Below are positions 13,756 to 24,212 of a stretch of DNA of 64,000 nt, in pieces. Each line of letters starts with the position of its first letter. Positions within the stretch are counted from its first letter, which is position 1. Under the pieces are notes generated by a model. The model ran no database searches, was not told the DNA's origin, and saw only the letters and a program-made list of their open reading frames with translations. This DNA is from Lepidodermella squamata. Lineage: Eukaryota > Animalia > Gastrotricha. Both the position numbers and the translations under genes were made by a program. The DNA is taken from the NCBI GenBank assembly GCA_047495785.1, contig JBLDXI010000018.1, forward strand, positions 496,001-560,000, given 5' to 3'.

Positions 13756-16401
13756 ATGGCGGCTACGACTACGGCAGCCGAGTCGGTTTCGCGATCGCCG
13801 CCCTCCGCCGCCTCGTCGTCCTGCGTGTCGCCAACCGCAAGTGCCAACGGAGGCAGCGGGACCCTCCTCAAGAAGCCACTCGCGTTGAACGCGCCGTCGT
13901 CTGGTCTGCTAGATAGCAGCAGCCTGTTGATGCACGCGGCGGCGTCGATGCCTGGCGTCGAGCCGTTCGGCGGCATCGGCGATTTGGGCCCGCAGCAAAT
14001 GCTACTGCAACTGCAGCTTCAACAGCTGCTTCAACAGCAGCAGCAACAGCAACAGCATCAGAACAACCACCACCAGCAAATGTTTCTGAACCAGTTCCTG
14101 CTAGGCAACGCCATGGCCAGCCCGGCTCAGTTGCTGGCAGCAGCCGTTGCGGCGTCTTCGTCGGCGGCAGCTTCGGCGCTTCCGAACCGGTCGAGCATGA
14201 CCATGGGTGGCGGCGGCGGCAAATCGTCGGAATCTCGCCTGCTGATGCCGTCGTCATTGGGCCTGGGCAGCGGCGGCGGCGGCAACAACAACAGCAGCAG
14301 TGGCGGCATCGTGGCGCCGGGCGGCACCGGCGTGGCGCTCAAGTGCCGGCTGGCGGACTACAAGGGCAAGAAAATCGCCGCCTTCGACATCGAGGGCGCG
14401 TGCTACCTGTGCCTGCCGCAGGCCTACGAGGTGTTCCTGCGCGACTACGTCGGCGGCCTGCACACCGTCTACACGAAGCTGAAGCGTCTCGGCATCACGC
14501 CGCTCGTCTGCACTGTCGAACACGTAAGCAGCATCACCCAAGTTTCACTATACTTTTCTAGGGCTAAACTTCTGTTTGTTTGAGACACTTTCTAGTTGAG
14601 AAATTCTAACGTTGAACTCTAGAACGGTTCGAAAATCACCTTATCGATTTTTTTAGTGATTGATTATCGATTATCGATTTTATGCAAACTTTTCCGATTG
14701 GGTTTTCTTTGAAAAAATGTCACGCGAAATAAAACCCATTTTGTTATATTAGGTTCGTCTGCTGCGCGGCCTTGGAGCCATTCAGCCGGGCGTCAATCGC
14801 TGCAAGTTGCTGGCAACTCACGATTTCGACGTGCTCTACGACGACTGCACCCGAACAAAGTAACGCAACTTTTTAAATCCAAGTTCTTTCTTCTAAATTT
14901 CGAATTCGTATTATTTTTAACAGCGCTCGCCCTGGCCGTCCACCGAAGCGTATTGGCGGCGGGTACGGCGGCTTCGGTACCGGAACCGGGTCCGGCTACG
15001 GCGACGACGACGATGAAGGCGCGAGTGACGATGGCGACCTCGATGACAGCCATCATCATCAGCACCACCACCGCCGGTTTTCGCTGGGCCCGGACGGCGA
15101 CGACCAGTTGCCGCTGCCGCCGGTGCCGTCATCGCTGGAGCAGGCGATGCAGCACAGCGAGCGGCTGAACAGTCTGTTGGCACTGAGCCAACTGCAGCAG
15201 CAGCAGCACAAAACGCCTATCGCGGGCGGCGCCGCCTTCGACCACTTGATTGCCATGAACCAACAGCAGCACCGGCTGTTCCAACACCAGCAGCAGCAGC
15301 AGCAGATGCCGCCGCCGACGGCGCCACGGCCGGTTGAGCCGACGTCGTCTCTTCTCGCCTCGCTGGCTGCACTTGCCCAGCAGCAGCAGCAGCAGCAACA
15401 AACGCCTTCATCGCTAGACAACAGCAGTCTGCTGCAGCTTGATCATCACAATCATCACCAACATTTCAGCAAGGACCTGCGCCGGCCTTCGCAAGACAAC
15501 GCGTTTTTAGACGCAGCTAGTAATGGCCATGATTTGCTGGGCTTCGCGACTCAGCAACTTTTGGCCGCCAGTCGAAATGCGGCCAAGTTGCAGCAACAGC
15601 CACCGCCTTCAGCAACAGCAGCAGCCATGATGACTGCTCACCAGCAGCAGCAGCAGCAGTCTGTAATTGCGAACAGCCATCGCAACAGCTCGAATTCGAC
15701 GTCATCGTCGTCGTCGGCTGCCCTGATGACAGCGGCCAAGTTGATGCTGCAGCAGTTGCAGAACCAGCAGCAGCAGCAGCACGGACAGCCGGACGCGTCG
15801 CTAGCTGGGCTGGTCGCGAGGCTGGAAGCTGCTCGAAACTCTTCCCTTAGCAGTAGCAACAACACTACGAGTAATAAACACGCGTTGAAGCGAACTTCGA
15901 CTGCCGCGTCGTCGTCGTCATCGTCGCCCGAGTCCAGAGCGCAGTCGCCTGGCAACAACAACAACAACAACCGAAGTTCGCCTCTGCAGCAGCAGCAGCG
16001 TGGTGATGAAACTGAGCCGTTATCTGAGCAGAAACGCCAAAGGTGAGTGTGTGACATGCGACAAAAAATTACAATTCAATTTTAATATTTCGAATATTCA
16101 GTTTTTTCAATTAAAACTGAAAATTAAAATCGAACTTATTCCAAGTCTTAAATGTACGCTGTGTTGCAGACTTAGTAGTGATCCGGCGCTGGATTTGACG
16201 TTGGAAACGCCGAAGCCGTGCCTGTTGGGCCATGACGCGGCTATCAAAGCGCGCCTCGTCGAGCTGGAAGCGCAACGCCTGCGGCTGGAACGCGAGCTCG
16301 AACAACTGAGTAATGTCAGCAGCAACAACAATGGCAACAACGGCAACAATGGATTGCATGCTGGTGTCGACAACGCGACGCCTATTGATGCTGCCGATTA
16401 G
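13756..16401 (+). CDS. dac: Dachshund (Ski/Sno/Dac domain transcription cofactor); exons 13756-14523, 14753-14859, 14924-16042, 16170-16401
   Basis: DACH box-N: YKGKKIAAF...LCLPQAYEVFL...GGLHTVYTKLKRLGITPLVCTVEH|VRLLRGLGAIQPGVNRCKLL...RPGRPPKR. Short C-terminal coiled coil. AATAAA at 16555-16560. Confidence 0.95.
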
Positions 16402-16598
16402 AAGAGAAAAGTCAATCAAAAATATACCGATCAATCGACAATCGATATTAAAAGTGTTATTTGTGTCTTGTTAATTTATATCGTGCGTATGTCAACGATG
16501 ACATATTGTTTTTAATATAATGTAGCTATCGTCTTTATCGTTGCTACTTATTGAAATAAACCCTACCGATGTGTAACAAGTGTACGTCGGTGTCAATT

Positions 16599-16930
16599 GT
16601 CAAGTTTGCCAAACAACCAGCGCTGTTGATGAGTATTTAACGACGGATAATCGTCTGTTAATCGCCGATTATTTACAGCAAGACCCGGAGTCAGCCGTAC
16701 TCGAGTCGCCCATCGTAACTCACCCACATCCTATCTCGTTTCCTTGATTGTGTATACCAGAGTGTGCAACCAACGGGATTTGGTGACCGATGAATTGGCA
16801 AACACGAACAACGCACGCAAGTTGACCATTGTCGCACATTGTTGTCAGATTTGACCTGGTATAGTGGCTCTGAATGCGTGCACCGCGCATTCCCGCTTTT
16901 TTCCTGCTCGATAACCGCGGCACGCAAGCT
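16599..16930 (+). ncRNA. Candidate structured ncRNA / conserved non-coding repeat, copy 1 (strand inferred)
   Basis: Long identical blocks shared with 29072-29374, separated by non-triplet indels. Helices: CATCG(16711)/CGATG(16788), TCACC/GGTGA, ATCTCGTT/AACGGGAT, ATAATCG/CGATTAT, ACGG/CCGT. Confidence 0.55.
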
Positions 16931-17196
16931 CTTTCTTTCTTTCGTCTTTCGTGGACGCCGTCGGAGCGAGCGCGGAAACGTTGCTTTAGAAGCGGAATTA
17001 CGATTTAATTTATATACCAGAATTTTTATTTTGCTTTTCCGCGTCAGAAAAAATTTAATTATGTGTTGCGGAATTTTTTCCAAATTTGGCGCGTGCGCGG
17101 GGCCCCGCCAATGGCGCGCGTGCATTGCGTACACTTCGTTTTTTGCTCATCTTATCACCCGTCGTCGTCCTTGCCGGTTCGAGGCGTGTGGTCCTT

Positions 17197-17237
17197 CTGG
17201 CACGGCCATGCTCGCTTCGCTCGCATGCCCGTGCCAG
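17197..17237. repeat. GC-rich hairpin with TCGCTTCGCTC loop (copy 1)
   Basis: CTGGCACGGcCATGC-TCGCTTCGCTC-GCATGcCCGTGCCAG: 15-position stem with one mismatch. A partial repeat lies at ~17281-17295. Confidence 0.8.
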
Positions 17238-17414
17238 TAGTTGTTATTATTATTAATCATTATACGATGAATGCATGCAAGCTCGCTTCGCTCGCTCACA
17301 TTTTTCTACGTAAACTACTTACTTGTTAACGATTTCTGGTGATCCAACTTAGGGTTGCTGCAGGTCATATGTTTTAGATTTCAATTGTTACTTTATCACA
17401 AGTTAGTATCTCAT

Positions 17415-20376
17415 TTAGCCGACTGACACCTGAGATGGTTGTGTTCTCGGCCGGCGTAACTGATGCGCAACAGCGTCGACAGGGCGGCAAACAGCAAAAC
17501 CACAACTTTCAACTACCTGAAACAATTTGCTTCTTGGTTTTTCACTGAATTCACTGAGAGTCAATGCAAACATAGCACTGTTCTTGGCAAGTCTACCCTT
17601 CAAGGTATGTTTCTTCAATAGTTTCTTCAACTCGTAACTCGTAAGCTAGGTTGGCTAGGTAATGAAAATAAGTATTTTAAATAGCGACAATTTACATCGA
17701 TTACTTAATTTTTATCTAGCACTCATTGACTTTGTAAACAGTTGTAGCTTCAAGAGTTTTTAAATATTGATGCTGGAAAACAAAGCCGTATTACAAGCAG
17801 CCGAAAACTGCAGATAATGTTACTAGACTGGATATGTTTGATGTGTGATAGAGAGCGCGAGATTTACTTCTTCAAAGAGATCTTCGAATTCACATTGTGG
17901 CATCATTGGGGTCCAATTTCCCAACCATCACAACTCTTGCATGGTCGCAGCTTCTGCGTTTGTTACACTACGAATTAGCTAGTTGCACACATGAACAACC
18001 TCGAGTAAATTGAGATTTGGCAACAGGCGCTTCTTAAAATATAATGAGCTAGATGAACTAGTGCTGGGCCCACGTTACGCGCTTCAAACGCTTCAAGCGA
18101 AAACGACGGGATTTTGTGCCAAGTAATAGTCAGGTAGTCTACAACATCGTACTATGTGACGACGCGACGCGGTACAAGTACTTCCATTGAGTCGCGCAAT
18201 GGACAGTTTCGACCGACGCGATTTATCCTGTTATCCAAATCGGCGCATCCGTCGGCATCCGATACCTGAGTGTTGTAAAGGGTATCCTTGTATAATTCCT
18301 CTAGACTGCTACTGATATGAAATTCGACGACGAGTTAGTGTCGGGCCTACATTACGCAGCCTCAAAGACGACGGGATTTTGTGCCAAGTGTATATTAAAT
18401 TTTCGGAAACTTGAACGGCCAGGCGAGACCACATTTGTTCTAGAGCTATCACTTGTTGAAATCGATGTCTGATTTGTTATCGCTCTTTTCAATTTGTTTT
18501 ACATCAGCTTTGAGATGTTAGGTTTTGATGTTGCGTAATCGAAAGCGGTGGACATGCTCGAGTCCCAGAATCGCTTATCAGCTTTAAATTTCCAATTTCT
18601 TCCGTCTTACAATCATAAATCACTAAGGCTAAAAGTGGTGTTACTCGAGCCAACAGTGTTACAAACAGTGGTTAAGGCAGCCGTTATTAATAATCTATTA
18701 GATTCTTGTTAAAGTTTGTAGCAGGATGGGAATGTGCTGTGCAAAGTCAGAGCCATCATGTTAAAAACGCCCATCTCAAAATAAGGACGATTTTGAGCAG
18801 CAGGCTACCAGTAAAGCAGGCTCCGTGAAAGTAGGACTTGCGTAAGTGAGAACTGTATCGCTTATCGTGAGCTTGTGTTCTTGAAGTTGACGACGACAGT
18901 TATTAGATCTTTGCGAGGTTCCATTGATTTCATCTGATATATGTCTACTCTGATAAATGACATGTTTTTCATCTGTTTGCTAGTTTTCTTTACTGCCAAC
19001 ATTAGCAGCGAATTTCCGTTTTGTAGCGGCGATAATGGCAAGCTTTTCAGCACCATTCAGGTCTAAATCAAAGTTGTTTCCGGAATGAACTGTTATATTT
19101 CATCGCAGCTGTTTTGTTGTTGTCTTGCTGTATTTTGAGAATTTTCACTGGAATGAACTAGACAACGCAAACATATAGCTTATCACCCTCACATTTTAAC
19201 TGAAGCTTTACGCTTTTTGTTTGGCAGCTGCAGTTAACGAATTGGCGGATATAAAATTGGCGTTTGAGATAGATGCGTAAATAGTTAGTTATTAGGCCAT
19301 ATACCAGTGGTTACCGTAATTGTATGCTTTGTAATTATTAAAAGTGTTCAATTCTTTTTAGACTCAAACCCACTGTGACGACGCTTTGAGGAAAGCAATG
19401 CGCCCGCTCCTTCACAACTCGCCTCTACTTGATCTACACCAGCAGCAGCAGCAGCAACAGCGGTAGTACTAGATGCCGGTCAACGGGCTCAACGACAAGC
19501 CAACGCTATTCTGGTTCACGAGGAAAAATTGGAGGTTCAACCCGAAGAAGAAGAAGCATTTTCATTGCGTGAAGTGTCATCTCACGCCTTCAGCTGGCCT
19601 TTTTCACAAGTGTTGCAACGGTGCTAGTTGTCCCGAGAAGCAAATTTGAAAAAAACATGCAAATTGTGCAATTCTCTGTTTCAAATTGTCACTGTTTCAC
19701 GCGCGCCTTTGATTGCCTTGTTACTTCTCCAGATTATTTTATGTTTTGATTACATCATAAAGTCGGAACGGTTCTTCTGTGTTGAGCCGCGGATTCGTGT
19801 TATTCTCTCATAATAAAAACCGTGTGAACTTTTAAAAGTGGCGCCTGTTGTTTTTGAGTTGTTCTTGCACATTTGGTTATTATAGCGCGAGTTCGGATGT
19901 GCTGGTGACGAAGGAGCATCAGGTTGTTGCTGAAATCACCCACACAGCTGATAATTTATCTTATGCTAAACTCGCACGGTTCAACAACTTCATCAACTTT
20001 TCAACTAGCCGACGCCGCAGGTGACAGCTTTTTTTCATTTCTTCATTCTGTTTTTCACATAATTTATTGTGCAAAAAGTGATTTGAAATACATACAAGAG
20101 TGACCTATTTTACCGAAGCCGATACTATTGTTTGACCTGAAAGAGATGCGACAGGTGGGCAGTAAAATTGTCGATGGCCGCAATAAATCAATGTGAAATG
20201 CGAGAAAGGTCGGATGGTGGCAAGGTGGATAACTACGCCTTTGGCAAGATGTTGACCTAATGAGCACTAATTGCTGTTGTACCACGCTCAAGACATATAC
20301 ACTTCGGGTCAGTTGGGTCATGGTGATTGTTGATGATTTCGAAGCCACTCAGGGTTATGATAGTTGTTGCAAGCAT
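17415..20376 (-). pseudogene. Probable decayed, distant paralog of the OB-fold gene on the minus strand
   Basis: Stop-riddled segments in collinear order: IITLSGFEII (~20360; cf. VITINNFFI), SLLMLAVKKTSK (~19000; cf. ALLKRAVEDTVK), LAKNSAMFALTLSE (~17570; cf. LKANGRITALRLTD). Similarity is weak. Confidence 0.4.
18052..18760 (+). pseudogene. Three decayed fragments of the 5' end of the OB-fold gene (~18052-18265, ~18298-18435, ~18722-18760)
   Basis: CTCTAGACTGCTACTGATATGAAATTCGACGA matches 21491-21522. VYNIVLCDDA and WTVSTDAIYPVIQIG match 21509 ff. QDGNVLCKVRAI resembles EEGEILCQVRGI. Frameshifts and stops are present. Confidence 0.85.
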
Positions 20377-21508
20377 GGTTACTGCTGATTGCGATAATTT
20401 TCAATTTTCTTGTTTTATTCAAATTGATTGCGATAATACGGCAGCAGATAATGGCGAAAACACGGCCGTTGTCACTTCGGCACTTTTATGGCGGTAACGA
20501 TTTTTGATCTGTGCCATGCGCCACCGGTCGTGTATAGCAGTAACTTGCGACTTGCGCGCAGTCGATTTTGCCGCGACCGAACGCTGCTTCACCTCGCGCG
20601 CAACATAGCGTCATTAGCGGCGCGTCAAAAGCGCCCCGAAAACCGCGCCTCGAGACCGCGATCCTCCTCCTTGTCGTCGCCGGCGCCTCATCTGCTGCTG
20701 CTATTATAACATGTTAACATTCCCTGAAACGTTTCAGACAATCCATTTTTATCAGCTACGCGTTGCTGATCTCGCTCAATTTTTATTAGGTACTCGTTAC
20801 TTTTCAATTCTTCTAGACCCTCTTACTTTTGCAGCTACCTCGTATATTCTAGACGCGCGGAGACGAAAACTTGCCTCTAAACCTATAGATTTATATTATA
20901 ACCGTGCCTTATGAATTTTATCAATTTTGAACAGTGGTTCAGACCCATATTTTCCGGCCGGTCGAATTCGGCGGCTGGAAGAGATATACCTGTCTTTTGC
21001 CTTACGTGCGGCCGAACGAAGGCTCTTTCGAAGGCAATACTTCAGGATTTTTCATAGTTTTTGCTAATTTCCAGCAAAATTTGCTTCAATCGGAATAATA
21101 AATAGTCAATAATAAATATAGTCGGTGTTTATATTTTCATATTTTTGAAATAATAAAGCCAACAGCTATGTCTTGATTTTTTTCTAAATGGCAGGCATTA
21201 AATTGTCTTTCCATTACCGAGGAAGGTACTCTCATACATAAATTTAAAACCAATCTATCACTTATAAGCGCACTCAATAACTTGAACTCCTTCAGAGGCG
21301 TGCGGCCGTCATCAGCCGTGGCCTTTAAACTAGTATGAGAATCACTTATTTAGAGCACTTAGCACTCGACCCGTCTTGGAATGTGAATTTTGATTAAGGC
21401 AGCCGTAACTCATTCGCATTCAGTTTTTCAAATGCCTTTTAATTTTTTTCATCGAATTGCGTAGAATTCTACTGTCATTGCGTGAATTTTCTCTAGACTG
21501 CTGCTAAT

Positions 21509-23276
21509 ATGAAATTTGACGAATTGAAGCCGGGCCGATATTACGCCTTCGAAGAAGGCGAGATCTTGTGCCAAGTTAGAGGCATATCAGATTTTAGGAA
21601 ACTCGAACGGCCGGGCGACCACACGCACGTCTATAACATCGTGCTGTGTGACGACGCGGCGCGGGCCGAGTGCTGCCTTCCAGCCGAGCGCTGGACAGTT
21701 GCCACCGACGCAGTATACCCAGTAATTCAAATCGGCGACATGGTGTGTATCCGATGCTTCGCTGTCAATGGGAGCGTAATCCGCACTTACGTGCTGGAGC
21801 CCTTCCTCCCGGACGTGCCGTCAATGACAATGGTGGCTGGTGGCCTGAGCGACCCCGAGAGTCGGATGTCACTGGAGCTCAAGACTGCCAATTCGCTTCA
21901 ATGGAGAAGCAGCCTCGAGAGGGCAATTCATCTGCAGCCGCTTGATTTCGCGCGCTATGCCGATGTTTACGGCTTTCGCTGGGTGTCGGAGGGCGAGTTG
22001 GAGGTGAACGTGAACATCCTCGGCCAGGTGACTCGCTTCACCGAGATAGGCGCCCACAAGTTCACAAATTGCCTCGGCAAGGAGCGTGTTGTTGAACAAG
22101 CCGATCTTGTCGTTAGGTTCGGTGGCTTCGAACGTGCCCGTATGTTCAACTTGCCATTTTAATCAAGGAAATAGAATATGCTTTTATTATTTAAAATACC
22201 CGATTATTTAGATTTCCATCTTCAATCTCTATATTCACTGTAAGGCCTCACTTTACAGGCTACGCGCGCGTTCCCATTGGCCGGCTTTTTTCGCGCATAC
22301 TGGAGAAGCGCGCGCTAATAACAGCCAAGTTGATGTTTCCCGAAAAAATTTGCGCATTTCTATTTTTTTTGCAATCTTTTGCAAAATTGGAGCGAGTGAC
22401 CTCACGCGAACACGCCACATCATGTAATCATGCGCGTGCCATGACACAGGCTCACTTCATTTTGGTGTAAACTTCGGCGTAAAATTCCTAGCTTGAGTTT
22501 TGTTTTCAGTAAAAATGAAACTGCAAATGTCCTAATTTTTGGCGAGGTGTTGCTAATTAAGAACTTGTGAGGGCTGAAATTGTAAAATAGAATAGGATAA
22601 GAACAAACGCGGTAACATCAATTAATTCCATGTTTATTTTTCAGCAATGCGCATATACGGCGACAAGGAGTGTGCCCTGCTCAAGCGGGCAGTTGAGGAT
22701 ACCGTCAAGATGGGCCTGCCGCTGTGGGTTTACATCGCCCAAGCGCTCGTTCGGCAAGACCTGAGCTTATCGACTTGTGGCCGCACTATGTTCGCGTTCA
22801 GCAACTCGCGATTGGGACATCTTGTCGCTGGTTTCGACGACAACTTCCAGTTCCGCCGACCCGATAAGCCCGTTCCGCTGAAGCCGCGTGATGGCTCGCG
22901 CCGCCCCCCGACCGGGGCACGGGCGCCTAGTTTTCAGCTGAAGCCGTTTGGCGCGATGCCGGAAATCGCGCAACCGGGCATCCACGAAAAGCTGGCCTTC
23001 GCATTCGCCGCCCTCAACCCGCCTGATGTCAGCCGCGTTATCGGTGTCGGCTCCGCGGCCATGTTGACTGCTGCGTTGTCTGGGGACGACGTGATTGGAT
23101 GCGTCAGGCTGGTCAACACACTCAACGAGCTGTTCGGCCTGAGTCAAGTTGCAGCAGTAGCAACAGCACAGCCAGCCGCGGCAGTGCCTGCGCAACCACA
23201 AGATCAGCCGCCGCCGCCACCCCCGCCGCCGGCCGCGCCTGCTCCTCCTGCCGCTGCTCAAGGCCCCGTCGTCTTT

Positions 23277-23311
<35 letters not shown>

Positions 23312-24212
23312 TACTGCTGCTGCTGCTGCTGCCGCTGCTCCTTCTGCATCTGCGGCGTCGTCTCAAGCCGGCCCTAGCCATCAACAGCCAGGACCATCGA
23401 ACGCAACTATTCAGCAGCCACAGAAGCGTACTGCAGGTGGTGAGCCTAAAAAACAAGCGGCAAAGCGCGGTAGGAAACCTGCAACAAGCACAACCACAGC
23501 AGCATCGGCACCACCGACATCTCAAGCCGCAGCTCAACAACCGTCAACATCATCACAGATGCCGCCGCTGCCACCGTCGACCAGTGCTGCCGCCGCTGCC
23601 GATGCACCTTCGACCAGTGCTGACGACGGCGGAGCTGCTATTGCTGCTGCTGCTGCTATCGCTTCAAACACAGTGTTGATTGCTCCCGGCTCTTGTGATT
23701 TTAGCCTGCCGGCATTCGCCAACTTCCTGAAAGCCAATGGCCGCATTACCGCGCTCCGTCTCACAGACAAGGAACAATTCCTATTCAATCAGGTAATTTA
23801 ACTGTTTTTATTTTACCTTCGCAAATAGTCGTCGATTGTTGATATAGTGTCATTTAACATTGTTGTTTTAATGAACATTTTCAGGAAGTGATCTGTCGAG
23901 CTGCTCTTTTGGTCACGCGCGAGCGACTGGCTTATAACGTGCCAAACATCATGGGTGCGATCGCGGTCTGCGCAGAGGCCGAGCATGGCGTCGCCTTCAG
24001 AGACGCCATTCGCAAAAAACTCGAATCTTATAAGCCGGCGGTCGTTAATACCGACAAAGTTCCGCAGCACGAAGGTGCGACTTTGCGCAAGGTAATTTTG
24101 TCGATTTGAAAACATCCCATTTTATTCTAAGCAATGTCTGTTTTTCTAGATCTACGAGGCCCACCTAAAATCGTTAACCCTTCCGCCCAAAAAATTGAAC
24201 TTGCCAAAGTAA
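21509..24212 (+). CDS. RPA70-like tandem OB-fold protein with Ala/Pro linker and C-terminal domain, copy B (~682 aa); exons 21509-22139, 22645-23792, 23885-24091, 24150-24212
   Basis: CQVRGISDFRKL...VYNIVLCDD...VYPVIQIGDMVCI resembles RPA70 DBD-A. VNILGQVTRF...ADLVV...|PMRIYGDKE...LSLSTCGRT resembles DBD-B. Splice phases are compatible. Upstream non-coding exons are possible. Confidence 0.7.

Noticed and set aside
16599-16930. Telomerase RNA or 7SK identity for the conserved element
   Set aside because: No CTAACCCT-type template. The minus-strand GGATGTG and CGGCTGA matches to 7SK are short and the paired GATC motifs are absent.
16691-17134. Minus-strand ORFs sharing CLPIHRSPNPVGC with 29138-29353 as a protein family
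   Set aside because: The identity is at nucleotide level, with frame-breaking indels and no synonymous pattern. Conservation is non-coding.
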